Source: the human T2T-CHM13v2.0 reference genome, Homo sapiens. Taken from it: 64,000 nucleotides of DNA. A program made the translations under genes and the position numbers. Below are positions 28,301-44,000 of the stretch, piece after piece. The stretch lies in assembly GCF_009914755.1 (NCBI RefSeq), contig NC_060940.1. One strand, 5' to 3'. Below the pieces are notes generated by a model. That model was not told the origin of the DNA and did no database searches. It saw only the letters and a list, made by a program, of their open reading frames with translations. Position 1 is the stretch's first letter, and every line of letters begins with the position of its first letter.

Positions 28301-31300
28301 TCGATGATTCCATTTGCGGATATTCGATAATTCCATTTGAGTCCAACCGATGATTCCATTCGAGGCCATTCAATCATTCTTTTTGAGTCCTTTCGATAAA
28401 GATTCCATTTTAGTCCATTCAATAATTCCACTGGAGTCCATTCGATGATTGCTTTTAATTCCATTCGATGATATTCCATTCGAGTCCATTCGATGATTCC
28501 ATTCGTTGCTATTAGATGATGATTCCATTCATGACCATTTGGTGATTCCATTCGATTTCATTCGTTGATGATTCCATTCGAGTCCATTCCATGATTCCAT
28601 TCAAGTCCATTTGATGATTTCTTTGAATTCAATTCGATGATGATTCCATTCGAGTCCATTCGATGATTCCATTCAGTTCCATTCGATGATGATTCCTTTC
28701 GAGACCATATGATGATTCCATTTGATTTCATTCGATGATGATTCCATTCGATTCCATTCGATGATTCCATTCTATTCCATTCGATGATGATTCCATTCGA
28801 GTCCATTTAATGATTCCATTGGGTTCAATTCAATGATGATTACATTGGATTCTCTTCTATGATACCATTCAATTCCGTTCATTGACAATTTGATTCCATT
28901 CGATGATGATTCCATTTGAGTTCATTCGATGATTCTATTCGATTCTCTTCGATGGTGATTCAATTCTATTATATTGGATGATTCCATTCGATTCCATTTG
29001 ATGTTGATTCAATTCGATTCTATTCGATGATGATTCCATTGGATTTCATTTGATGATTCTATTCGATTCCATTCAATGATGATTCACTTCTCGTCCATTG
29101 GATGATTCCATTTCATTCCATTCGATGATGATTCCATTCGATTCCATTCGATGATTCCATTTGATTCCATTCGACGGTGAGCAATTCGATTCAATTCCAT
29201 GATGATTCTATTTGATTCAGTTAGATGATGTTTCCATTCGAATCCATTCCATGATTATTCCATTGGAATCCATTCGGCGATGATTCCATATGAGTCAATT
29301 CAATGATGCTTCCATATGGGTCAGTTCGATGATAATTCCATTTGATTTCATTCGATGCTTCTATTCAATTCCAGTCGATGATGATTCCGTTGGAGTCCAT
29401 ACGATGACTCCATTTGATTTCATTTGATGATGATTCCATTCGATTCCATTCGATGACTCCATTCTGTTCCATTCGATGATGATTCCATTCGAGTCCATTC
29501 GATGATTCCATTCGAGTCCATTTCATGATTCCATTGGGTTCAATTCGATGATGATTACACTGGATTCCATTCTATGATTCCATTCAATTCCATTCGTTGA
29601 TGATTCGATTCCATTCAATGATGATTCCATTTGAGTTCATTCGATGATTCTATTCGATTCCGTTCGATGGTGATTCAATTCTATTATATTGGATGATTCC
29701 ATTCGATTCCATTTGATGATGATTCCATTCGATTCCATTCGATGATGATTCCATTTGATTCCATTTGATGTTGATTCTATTCGATTCTATTCAATGATGA
29801 TTCCATTCGATTTCATTTGATGATTCTATTCGATTCCTTTCGATGATTCTATTCCATTCCATTCGATGATGATTCAATTCTCTTCCATTGGATGATTCCA
29901 TTTTATTCCATTCGACGATGACTCCATTTGATTCCATTCAATGATGATTCCATTCGATTCCATTCGGTGATTCCATTTGATTCCATTCGACGGTGAGCAA
30001 TTTGATTCAATTCCATAATGATTCTATTTGATTCAATTAGATGATGTTTCCATTCGAATCCATTCGGTGATGATTCCATTGGTATCCATTCGACGATGAT
30101 TCCATATGAGTCAATTCGATGATGATTCCATACGAGTCCGTTGGATGATAATTCCATTTGATTTCATTCAATCCTTCTATTCGATTCCATTTGATGATGA
30201 TTCCATCTGAATCCATTCTCCGATTCCATTCGATTTCATTCGATGCTTCTATTTGATTTCATTCGAAGATGATTCCTTTCAATTCCGTTCATTAATTCCA
30301 TTTGATTCCATTCGATGATGATTCCATCCGATTCCATTGGATGATGATTCCATTCGAGTCCATTCGATGATTCCGTTCTAATCCATTCTATGATTCCATT
30401 CGAGTCCATTCGATGATTCCATTCGATTCCATTCAGTGATGATTCCATTTGATTCCATCTGATGATGATTTCATTTGATTCCATTCGATGATGATTCCAT
30501 TGGAATCCATTGAATGATTCAATTCAATTCCATTCCATGTGGATTCCATTCGAATTCATTCGATTATTCCATTCAAATCCCTTCGTTGATTCCATCTGAT
30601 TCCACTTGACGATGATTCCATTCAAGTCCAATCGATGATTCCATTCGGTTCCATTCAATGATTCCATTCGAGTCCATTTATGTATTATATTCGTGTCCAC
30701 TTGATGACTCCATTCAATTCCATTTAATGATGATTCCATTTGATTCCATTTGATGATTCAGTTCGATTCCTTACAATGATTCCCTACGATTCCTTTCTAT
30801 GATGATTCCATTCGATTCCATTCATTGATGATTCCATTCGACTCCATTCAATGATGATTCCTTTCGATTCCATTTGACGATGTTTCCATTTGAGTCCATT
30901 CGATGATGATTCCATTGGTATCCATTCGACGATGATTCTATATGAGTCAATTCGATGATGATTCCATACGAGTCCGTTGGATGATAATTCCATTTGATTT
31001 CATTCAATCCTTCTATTCGATTCCATTTGATGATGATTCCATCTGAATCCATTCTCCGATTCCATTCGATTTCATTCGATGCTTCTATTTGATTTCATTC
31101 GAAGATGATTCCTTTCAATTCCATTCATTAATTCCATTTGATTCCATTCGATGATGATTCCATCCGATTCCATTGGATGATGATTCCACTCGAGTCCATT
31201 CGATGATTCCGTTCTAATCCATTCTATGATTCCATTCGAGTCCATTCGATGATTCCATTCGATTCCATTCAGTGATGATTCCATTTGATTCCATCTGATG

Positions 31301-34300
31301 ATGATTTCATTTGATTCCATTCGATGATGATTCCATTGGAGTCCATTGAATGATTCAATTCAATTCCATTCCATGTGGATTCCATTCGAATTCATTCGAT
31401 TATTCCATTCAAATCCCTTCGTTGATTCCATCTGATTCCACTTGACGATGATTCCATTCAAGTCCAATCGATGATTCCATTCGGTTCCATTCAATGATTC
31501 CATTCGAGTCCATTTATGTATTATATTCGTGTCCACTTGATGACTCACTCCATTCAATTCCATTTAATGATGATTCCATTTGATTCCATTTGATGATTCA
31601 GTTCGATTCCTTACAATGATTCCCTACGATTCCTTTCTATGATGATTCCATTCGATTCCATTCATTGATGATTCCATTCGACTCCATTCGATGATGATTC
31701 CTTTCGATTCCATTTGACGATGTTTCCATTTGAGTCCATTCGATGATGATTCAATTCAGTTCTGTTCTATTATGAATCCATTCGATTTCATTCAATGCTT
31801 CTATTTGATTCCATTCGACGATGATTCCATCTCTTTCCCTTCGATGTTTCCATTTGATTCCATTCAGTGATGATTCCATTTGATTCCATCTGATGATGAT
31901 TTCACTTGATTCATTTCAATGATGATTCCATTCAAGTCCATTCGATGATTCCATTGGAGTCCAAACGATCATTCCATTCGATTCCATTCAATGATGATTC
32001 CATTCATGTCCATTCAATGAATCCTTTCAATTCCATTCGATGATGACTCCATTCGAGTACATTCGATGATTCCATTTGATTCCATTTGATGATGATTACA
32101 TTCAATTCCATTCGAAGATGATTCCATTCAATTCCACTTGATGATGATTCCGTATGAATCCATTCGCTGATTATTCCATTCGATTCCATTCATTGACGAT
32201 TCCATTCGATTCCATTCAATGATGATTCTCTTCTATTCCATTCGATGATTCCGGTCGATTCCATTCGATGATGATTCCATTAGATTCCATTCGATTGTTG
32301 CATTCGATTCCCTTCGATGATGATTCCTTTGAATTCCATTCGATTATGATTCCGTATGAATCCATTTGATGATTATTCCATTGGATTCCTTTCGATGATG
32401 ATTCCATTCGATTCCATTTGATGATGTTTCTCATGTATTCCATTTGATAATTCCTTTCAATTCCCTTCGATGATGATTCTTTCGAGTCAATTCGATGATT
32501 CTATTCCATTCCCTTCGATGATGATTCCATTTCACTCCATTCGATGATTCCATTCGATTCAATTTGGTGATGATTCAATTCGATGACATTCGATGACTCC
32601 ATTCAATTTCATTTGATGATGATTACATTCGAGTCCATTTGATGATTGTATTCCTTTCCTTTTGATGATTATTCCATTCGTGTCTATTCAAAGATTCCAT
32701 TCTATTCCATTCAATGATGATTCCAATTGATTCCATTCAATGATTATGGCTATCGATTCCACTCGTTGATTCCATTTGATTCCATTCGATGATTATTCCG
32801 TTAGATTCCATTAGGAGATTCCATTCGATTTTATTCAATGATTCCAATTGATTCCATTCAATGATGATTCCATTCGACTCCATTCAGTGATTCCATTTGA
32901 GTCCATTTGATGATTCCATTCGAGTCCATTTGATGATTCCATTCTTTTCCATTTGATGATGATTCCATTAGGGTCCATTCAATGATTCCATTCGAGTCCA
33001 TTCGTTAATGCCTTTCGAGTCCTTTTGATCACTACATTCGAGTCCATTCAATGATTCTATTCGATTCCATTCCATGATGATTCCATTCGAGTTCATTCGA
33101 TGATTGCATTCGAGTCCATTTGATGATTCCATAAGATTCCATTCGACAATGATTCCATTCGTGTCCATTTGATGATTCCATTCATTTCCTATCGATGAAG
33201 ATTCCATTCGAGTGTATTCGATGATTCCATTCAAATCCATTCGATGATGATTCCATTCCAGTCCATTCGATCATTCCACTTGATTCCATTTGATGACTAT
33301 TCCATTCAAATCCATTTGATGATTCCATTCGATTCCATTCGATGTTACCATTCCAGTATATACGATGATTCCACTCGATTCCATTTGATGATTATTCCAT
33401 TGGAGTCGACTTAGTGAATCCTTTAGATTCTACTCGAAGATGATTCCATTCGAGTCCATTCGATGAAACCATTCAATTCCATTCGTTGAAGCTTCCATTC
33501 AAGTGCATTCGATGATATCATTCGATTCCATTTGATGATAATTCCATTTGATTCCATGTGATGATTCTATTCCATTCCATTCAATGATAATTCCATTCAA
33601 TTCAGTGATTCCTCTGGACTCCATTTGATGATGATTCCATTCAATGATTCCATTCGATTCTATTCGAAAATGATTCCATTTGAATCCATTTGATGATGAT
33701 TCCATTCGATTCCATTTGATGATTCCATTCGATTCCATTCGACGATGATTCCATTCGATTCCATTTGATGATTCCATTCTATTCTATTCGATGATGATTC
33801 CATTCGATTCCATTCGATGATGATTGGATTCGATTCCATTTGATGATTTCATTTGATTCCATTCGATGATGATTTCGATCAATTCCATTCGATGATTCCA
33901 TTCGATTCCATTTGATAATGATTACATCCGAGTCCATTCGATGATTCCATTTGAGCCCGTTCGATAATTCCATTTGAGTCCAATCAATGATTCCATTCAT
34001 TTCCATTCAATGATTCCATTCGAGTCCATTTGATCATTCCGGTAGGGTCCGTTCGATGTTGATTCCATTGGAGTGCATTCGATGATTCCATTCGAGTCCA
34101 TTTTAGGATTTGATTCGAGTCCTTTCGATGATTCCATTCGATTCCACTCTATGCGTTGATGATTTCATTCGAGTCCATTCGACACTTCCAATCGATTCCA
34201 TTTGATGTTTCCATTCGAGTCCAATTGATGATTCCATTCAATTCCATTCGATGATGATTCCGTACGATTCCCTTCTGTGATGATTTCATGTGATTGCATT

Positions 34301-37300
34301 CAATGATGATTCCTTTCGATTGCATTCGATTATGATTCATTTCGTGTTCATTCTATGGTTCCACAGGTTTCACATCGTGTCCATTCCATTATTCCATTCT
34401 ATTCCATTTGATGATGATTCCATTCGATTCCATTCATTGGTGATTCCACTCAATTCCATTCAATGATTCCATTCCATTTCTTTCAAAAATGATTCCATTA
34501 GTTTCTAATCGATGATCCACTTGATTCCATTTGACGATGATTCCATTCTTGTCCATTCGATGATTCCATTTGATTCCATATGATGATGATTCCATTCGAT
34601 TCCATACGATGATGATTCCATTCGAGTCCATTCAATGGTGATTCCATTCAATTCCATTCGATGATTCCTTTCGATTCCATTTGATGATGATGGCATTCGA
34701 TTCCTTTCAATCATTCCCTTTGATTCCACTCAAAGGTGATTTCATTCAAGTCCATTCGATAATTGCATTCGATTCCATTCTATGATGATTCCATTCGAGT
34801 CCATTTGATGATTCCATTCAATTCAAGTCAATGATGATTCCATTCGATTCCATTCGATGATTCCATTGGATTCCATTCGATGATGATTCCATTCAAATCC
34901 ATTCGATAATTCAATTCACGTCCATTCGATGATGATTCCAATCGAATCCATTCAAAGATTCCATTCAATTCCATTCGATGATTCCCTTAGATTCCATTCG
35001 ATGATTCCACTTGATTCCATTTACGATGATTCCATTCGATTCCATGTGATGATTCCATTCAATTCTATTCAATGATGTTTCCATTTGATTCCATTCGACC
35101 ATGATTGCCTTTGATTCCATTCAATGATTCCATTCGGTTCCGTTTGATGATGATTCCGTTCGATTCCATTTGATGATTCCATTTGATTCCATTGGATGAG
35201 TCCATTCGATTACATTCGATGATTATTCCATTCGAGTGCATTAGATGATTCCATTCGAGTCCATTCGATGATTCCATTCGAGTCCATTCGATGATTCCAT
35301 TCGATTCCATTCGATGTTGATTCTGTTCAAATCCATTCGATGATTCCACTCGATTCCATTCGATGACTCCATTTGATCCCATTCGATGATTTCCTTTGAT
35401 TCCCTTTGATGATCATTCCATTTGATTCAATTCGGTGATTTCATTGGATTCCATTCAGTGATGTTTCCATTCGACTCCATTCGATGATGATTCCATTCGA
35501 CTACAATCGATTATGATTTCATTCAATTCCATTCGATAAAGATTCCCTTCGAGTCCAATCGATGATTCCATTCGATTCCATTCAACGATGATTTGATTCG
35601 TGTCCATTCGATGATTCCATTTGATTCCACTTGATGAGGATTCCATTCGAGTCCATTTGATGATTCCATTCAATTCCATTCTCCGATGATTTCTTTTGAG
35701 CCCATTCAATGCTTCCACTCGATTACATATGATGATGACTCCATTCGATGAAACTCGATGATGATTCCATTCGCTTGCATTCGATGATGATTCCACTTGA
35801 GTCCGTTAGAAGATTCTATTCAATTACATTCCATGACGATTCCGTTCGAGTCCATTTGATGATTCCATTACACTCCATTCGACGATGATTCCATTCAATG
35901 TTATTCGATGATTCCATTCGATCTCATTCGATGATGATTCCATTCAACTCCATTCGATGTTTCCATTCGAGTTCATTCTATTATTCCATTAGATTCCATT
36001 CGATGATGATTCCATTCGATTCCATTTGATGATTGCATTCTATTTCATTTGATGATGATTCCATTCGAGTCCATTCGATGATTCCATTCGAGTCCATTTA
36101 ATGAATCCATTGGTTTCAATTCTATGATGATTATATTGGATTCCATTCGTTGATGATTTCATTCGATTCCATTCAATGATGATTCCATTCAATTCCATTC
36201 AATGATTCCATTCAATTCCATACGATGATGATTCCATTTGATTTGATTCGACAGTGAGCCATTCGATTCAATTCCATGATGATTCTATTTGATTCACTTG
36301 GTTGACATTTCCATTCGGTTCCATTCGATGATGATTCCATTTGATTCCATTCAAAGATGATTCCATTCTAGCCCATTCAATCATTCCATTCGATTCTATT
36401 CAATGATGATTCCATTCATGTCGATTTGGTGATTCCATTTGACTTCATTTGATGATGATTCCTTTCAAGTTCATTAGATGATTCCATTCGATTCCATTTG
36501 ATGATGATCCCATTCGAGTCCATTCAGTGATTCCACTCGTTTCCATTCCATGATGATTCCATTCCATTCCATTCAATGATTCCATTCGATTCCGTTTGAT
36601 GATGATTTCATTCGAGTCCATTTGATGATTCCATTTGATTCCATTCGATGATGATTCCATTCGAGTCCATTCGATGATTCTATTCGAATCCATTTGATGA
36701 TTTCTTTTGATTATATTTGGTGATGATTCCATTGGAGTCCATTCAATGATTCCATTCGATTCCAATCGATGGTGGTTCCATTAGAGTCCATTTAATGATT
36801 CCATTTGATTCCAGTCTCTGATGTTTACATTCGAGTCCATACGATGATTCCACTCAATTCCATATGATGATGATTCCATTCGATTCCATTCGATGATTCC
36901 ATTCTATTCTATTCAATGGTGATTCCATTCGAGTACATTAGATGATTCCATTCGATTCCATTCAATGATGATTCTACTTGTGTCCGTTAGATGATTCCAC
37001 ATGATTCCATTAGATGATGATACTATTTGAGCCCATCCAATGATTCCCTTCGATTCCATTCGATGAGGATTCCATTCGATTCAATTCATTGGTGATTCTA
37101 TTCAATTCAATTCTTTGATTCAATTCCATTCCATTCGACAATGATTCCATTCGATTTCTTTCGATGATTCCACTCAATTTCACTTGACATTGATTCCATT
37201 CGATTCCATTCAATGATTCCATTTGATTCCAGTGGATGATGATTGCCGTCGATTCCATTCGATCACTCCATTCTGTTCCATTTGATGATGATTACATTCG

Positions 37301-38003
37301 ATTCCATTTGATGATTCCATCTGATTCTATTCGAGGATTCCATTTGATTCCATTCGATGATGATTCCATTCGAGTCCATTCGATGATTTCATTCGAGTAC
37401 ATCCAATGATTCCATTCGAGTCCATTTGATGATTCCATTTCATTCCATTTGATTATGATTCTACTAGAGTCCATTCAATGACTCCATTCGAGTCCATTCA
37501 ACAGTTCCATCCGAGTCCATTCGGTGATTCCATTCGTTTCCATTTGATGATTCCATTCGAGTCCATTTAATCATTACAGTCGAGTCCATTTGGTGATTCC
37601 ACTGGATTTCTTTTGATAATGATACCATTCAATTACATTTGATGATGATCCCATTCAATTTCATTTGATGATGATTCCATTAGAGTCCATTCCATGATTT
37701 CATTCGAGTCCCTTCATTGATTCCATCCGATTTCATTTCATGATGACTCCATTCGAGTCCATTCGATGATTCCACTCGATTCCTTTAGATGATTCCATTG
37801 GAGTCCATTTGATTGTTCCATTCGATTCCATTCGATTCCTTTCGAAGATTATTCCATTTGAGTCCATTCGATGATGATTCCATTCCATTCCATTCGATGA
37901 TTCCGTTTGATTCCATTCGATGATTCCCTGTGATTCCTTTCTATGATGATTCCATTCCATTCCATTCAATGATTCCATTCGAATCTATTCCATGATGATT
38001 CCT
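25335..38003 (+). repeat. HOR copy 3 (12,669 bp)
   Basis: Constant ORF offset of 25,334 versus copy 1 (790->26124, 12399->37733). Private aagctt at 33489-33494. Confidence 0.96.
30077..31752 (+). repeat. 836/840-bp tandem duplication inside HOR copy 3
   Basis: ORF pairs 30236/31072 and 30524/31360 at offset 836. Confidence 0.92.
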
Positions 38004-41000
38004 TTCGATTCCATTCGCTGATGTTTCCGTTCAATTCCATTCGATGATGATTCCATTCGATTCCATTCATTGAGGATTCCATTGGATTCCATTCAATGAT
38101 GATTCCATTCTATTCCATTCAATGATTGCATTCAATTCCATTCAATGATTATGCCATTAGAGTAAATTCAACGATTCCATTCAATACCATTCGATGATGA
38201 TTCCTTTTGAGTCCATTCAATGATTTCATTCAAGTCCATTTGATGATTCCTTTCAATTCCATTCCATGATGATTCCATTCGAGTCCATTCGATGATTCCA
38301 TTCGATTGCATTCGATGATTCCATTATATTCCATTCAACGATGATTCCATTCGAGTCCATTCGATGATTCCATTAGAGTACATTTAATGATTGCTTTGTT
38401 TTCAATTCGAAGATGATTACATTGGATTCCATTCTATGATTCCATTCGATTGCATTCATTGATGATTCCACCCAATTCCATTCGATGATGATTCCATTCG
38501 ATTTCAATGATTCTACTCGATTCCATTCAATGATGATTCAATTCTATTCCGTTTGATGATTCCATTAGATTCCATTCTATGATGATTCCATTCGAGTCCA
38601 TTCGAAGATTTCATTCGATTACATTCCATGACGATTCCATTCGAGTCCATTCGATGATTCCATTTGAATCCATTCGACGATGATTCCATTTGATGCTATT
38701 CGATGATTCCATTGGATTCCATTCGATGATGATTCCATTCGACTTGATTTGATGTTTCTATTTGAGTCCATTCGGTTATTTTATTAGACTACATTCGATG
38801 ATGATTCCATTCGATGCCATTCAATGATTCCATTTGATTCCACTCAATGATGATTGCATTCGTGTCCATTCGATGATTCCATTTGGTTCCATTTGATGAT
38901 GATTCCATTCGAGTCCATTCGATGATACCATTCAATTCCATTCGATGATCATTCCATTCGAATCCATTTGATGATTCCACTCAATTCCATTTGATGACTC
39001 CTTTCATTCCCATTCGATGATTCCCTTCAGTTCCAATTGGATGATCTTTCCATTTGATTCAATATGGTGACTCCATTCTATTATATTCAATGATGATTCC
39101 ATTCGACTCCATTAGATGATGACTCCATTCCATTCCATTCGATTGTGATTTCATTCGATTCCATTCGAAGATGATTCCATTCGAGTCCATTTGATGATTC
39201 CATTCGATTCCATTCAATGATGATTCCACTCAAATCCATTGGATGATTCCATTCGTTTCCAATTGGTGATTTCATTAGATTCCATTCGAGGATGATTCTA
39301 TTCGAGTCCATTCAATGATTCCATTGGATTCCGTTTGATAATGATTCCATTAGAGTTCATTCGATGATTCCCTTCGAGTCCATTCGATTATTTCTTTTGA
39401 TTCCATTTGATGATGATTCCATTCGATTCCATTCAATGATTCCATTCCATTCCATTCGATGATGATTCCATTCGATAATGATTACATTCGAGCCCATGTG
39501 ATGATTCCATTAGTTTCTATTCAATGATGATTCCATTCGACCACATTCGATGATGGCATTCGAGTCCATTCGATGATTTCACTCGATTCCACTTGATGAT
39601 GATTCCTTTTGAGTCCATTTGATGATTACATTCGAGTCCATGAGATGACTCCATTCGATTCCATTTCATGATGATGCAATTCGAGGCTATTCGATCATCC
39701 CATTTTAGTGCATTCGGTGATTCTCTTTTATTACATTCGATGAGGGCTCCATTCGAGTCCATTCAATGATTCCATTAGATTCCACTCGATGATGATTCCA
39801 TTTGAGTCCATTCAAAGATTCCTTTCGAGTCCATTCGATAATTCTATTGGATTCCACTAGGTGATGATTCCTTTCGAGTCAATTCGATGATTCCTTTCAA
39901 GTGCCTTCAATGATTCCATTCGATTCCATTCGATGACGATTCATTTCAAGTCCATTCAATGGTTCCATTCTGTTGAATTTGATGGTTCCATTTGATTCCA
40001 TTCGATGATGATTCCATTCGTGTCCATTGGATGATTCCATTCGATTCCTTTCGAGGAAGATTCCATTCGACTCCATTCGATGATTCCGTTCGATTCCATT
40101 CCATGATGATTCCATTTGATTCCATTCCATGATTCCATTCGATACCATTCGATGATGATTCCATTCGACTCCATTTGATGAATCCATTCAATGCTTCCAT
40201 TCGAGTCCATTCGATGATTCCATTCGATTCCATTCCATGAAGATTCCATTCGAGTACATTTGATGATTCCATTTAATTCCATAGGATGATGATTCTATTA
40301 GGGTCCGTTGACTATTCCATTCAATTCCATTCGAAGATTCCATTCGAGTCCACTCGATGATTCTATTTGATTCCATTTGATAATTCCATTCGATTCCATT
40401 TGATGTTGATTCCATTCGAGTCCATTCGATCATTATTACATTTGATTCTATTCGATGATTCCATTCGATTCCATTTGATGAGGATTCCATTCGAGACCAT
40501 TTGATGATTCCATTCAATTCCATTGGATGATTCCAATATTTTCCATTAGATGATGATTCCATTCGATTCCATTCAATGATGATTCCATCAGAATCCATTC
40601 GATGATGACTCCTTTTGCTTCCATTCAATGATCATTACATTCGGTTCCATTCGATGATGATTCCTTTGGATTCCATTCGATGATGCTTCCATTCGATTCC
40701 ATTTGATGATGATTCTTTTCGATTCCATTTGATGATGATTCCATTTGATTCCATTCGATGGTGATTCCATTTGATGATTCCATTCGATTGTATTCGATGA
40801 TGATTCCACTCGATTCTATTTGATGATGACTGCATTCGATTCCATTTGATGATTCCATTTGATTCCATTCGATGATGATTCTGATCAATTGCATTCGATG
40901 ATCCATTCGATTCCATTTGATGGTTCCATTTGATTCCATTTGATAATGATTCCTTTCGAGTCCATTCGATGATTCCATTTGCGGATATTCGATAATTCCA

Positions 41001-44000
41001 TTTGAGTCCAACCGATGATTCCATTCGAGGCCATTCAATCATTCTTTGTGAGTCCTTTCGATAAAGATTCCATTTTAGTCCATTCAATAATTCCACTGGA
41101 GTCCATTCGATGATTGCTTTTAATTCCATTCGATGATATTCCATTCGAGTCCATTCGATGATTCCATTCGTTGCTATTAGATGATGATTCCATTCATGAC
41201 CATTTGGTGATTCCATTCGATTTCATTCGTTGATGATTCCATTCGAGTCCATTCCATGATTCCATTCAAGTCCATTTGAAGATTTCTTTGAATTCAATTC
41301 GATGATGATTCCATTCGAGTCCATTCGATGATTCCATTCAGTTCCATTCGATGATGATTCCTTTCGAGACCATATGATGATTCCATTTGATTTCATTCGA
41401 TGATGATTCCATTCGATGATTCCATTCTATTCCATTCGATGATGATTCCATTCGAGTCCATTTAATGATTCCATTGGGTTCAATTCAATGATGATTACAT
41501 TGGATTCTCTTCTATGATACCATTCAATTCCGTTCATTGACAATTTGATTCCATTCGATGATGATTCCATTTGAGTTCATTCGATGATTCTATTCGATTC
41601 TCTTCGATGGTGATTCAATTCTATTATATTGGATGATTCCATTCGATTCCATTTGATGTTGATTCAATTCGATTCTATTCGATGATGATTCCATTGGATT
41701 TCATTTGATGATTCTATTCGATTCCATTCAATGATGATTCACTTCTCGTCCATTGGATGATTCCATTTCATTCCATTCGATGATGATTCCATTCGATTCC
41801 ATTCGATGATTCCATTTGATTCCATTCGACGGTGAGCAATTCGATTCAATTCCATGATGATTCTATTTGATTCAGTTAGATGATGTTTCCATTCGAATCC
41901 ATTCCATGATTATTCCATTGGAATCCATTCGGCGATGATTCCATATGAGTCAATTCAATGATGATTCCATATGGGTCAGTTCGATGATAATTCCATTTGA
42001 TTTCATTCGATGCTTCTATTCAATTCCAGTCGATGATGATTCCGTTGGAGTCCATACGATGACTCCATTTGATTTCATTTGATGATGATTCCATTCGATT
42101 CCATTCGATGACTCCATTCTGTTCCATTCGATGATGATTCCATTCGAGTCCATTCGATGATTCCATTCGAGTCCATTTCATGATTCCATTGGGTTCAATT
42201 CGATGATGATTACACTGGATTCCATTCTATGATTCCATTCAATTCCATTCGTTGATGATTCGATTCCATTCAATGATGATTCCATTTGAGTTCATTCGAT
42301 GATTCTATTCGATTCCGTTCGATGGTGATTCAATTCTATTATATTGGATGATTCCATTCGATTCCATTTGATGATGATTCCATTCGATTCCATTCGATGA
42401 TGATTCCATTTGATTCCATTTGATGTTGATTCTATTCGATTCTATTCAATGATGATTCCATTCGATTTCATTTGATGATTCTATTCGATTCCTTTCGATG
42501 ATTCTATTCCATTCCATTCGATGATGATTCAATTCTCTTCCATTGGATGATTCCATTTTATTCCATTCGACGATGACTCCATTTGATTCCATTCAATGAT
42601 GATTCCATTCGATTCCATTCGGTGATTCCATTTGATTCCATTCGACGGTGAGCAATTAGATTCAATTCCATAATGATTCTATTTGATTCAATTAGATGAT
42701 GTTTCCATTCGAATCCATTCGGTGATGATTCCATTGGTATCCATTCGACGATGATTCCATATGAGTCAATTTGATGATGATTCCATACGAGTCCGTTGGA
42801 TGATAATTCCATTTGATTTCATTCAATCCTTCTATTCGATTCCATTTGATGATGATTCCATCTGAATCCATTCTCCGATTCCATTCGATTTCATTCGATG
42901 CTTCTATTTGATTTCATTCGAAGATGATTCCTTTCAATTCCGTTCATTAATTCCATTTGATTCCATTCGATGATGATTCCATCCGATTCCATTGGATGAT
43001 GATTCCATTCGAGTCCATTCGATGATTCCGTTCTAATCCATTCTATGATTCCATTCGAGTCCATTCGATGATTCCATTCGATTCCATTCAGTGATGTTTC
43101 CATTTGATTCCATCTGATGATGATTTCATTTGATTCCATTCGATGATGATTCCATTGGAGTCCATTGAATGATTCAATTCAATTCCATTCCATGTGGATT
43201 CCATTCGAATTCATTCGATTATTCCCTTCAAATCCCTTCGTTGATTCCATCTGATTCCACTTGACGATGATTCCATTCAAGTCCAATCGATGATTCCATT
43301 CGGTTCCATTCAATGATTCCATTCGAGTCCATTTATGTATTATATTCGTGTCCACTTGATGACTCCATTCAATTCCATTTAATGATGATTCCATTTGATT
43401 CCATTTGATGATTCAGTTCGATTCCTTACAATGATTCCCTACGATTCCTTTCTATGATGATTCCATTCGATTCCATTCATTGATGATTCCATTCGACTCC
43501 ATTCAATGATGATTCCTTTCGATTCCATTTGACGATGTTTCCATTTGAGTCCATTCGATGATGATTCCATTGGTATCCATTCGACGATGATTCCATATGA
43601 GTCAATTCGATGATGATTCCATACGAGTCCGTTGGATGATAATTCCATTTGATTTCATTCAATCCTTCTATTCGATTCCATTTGATGATGATTCCATCTG
43701 AATCCATTCTCCGATTCCATTCGATTTCATTCGATGCTTCTATTTGATTTCATTCGAAGATGATTCCTTTCAATTCCATTCATTAATTCCATTTGATTCC
43801 ATTCGATGATGATTCCATCCAATTCCATTGGATGATGATTCCATTCGAGTCCATTCGATGATTCCGTTCTAATCCATTCTATGATTCCATTCGAGTCCAT
43901 TCGATGATTCCATTCGATTCCATTCAGTGATGATTCCATTTGATTCCATCTGATGATGATTTCATTTGATTCCATTCGATGATGATTCCATTGGAGTCCA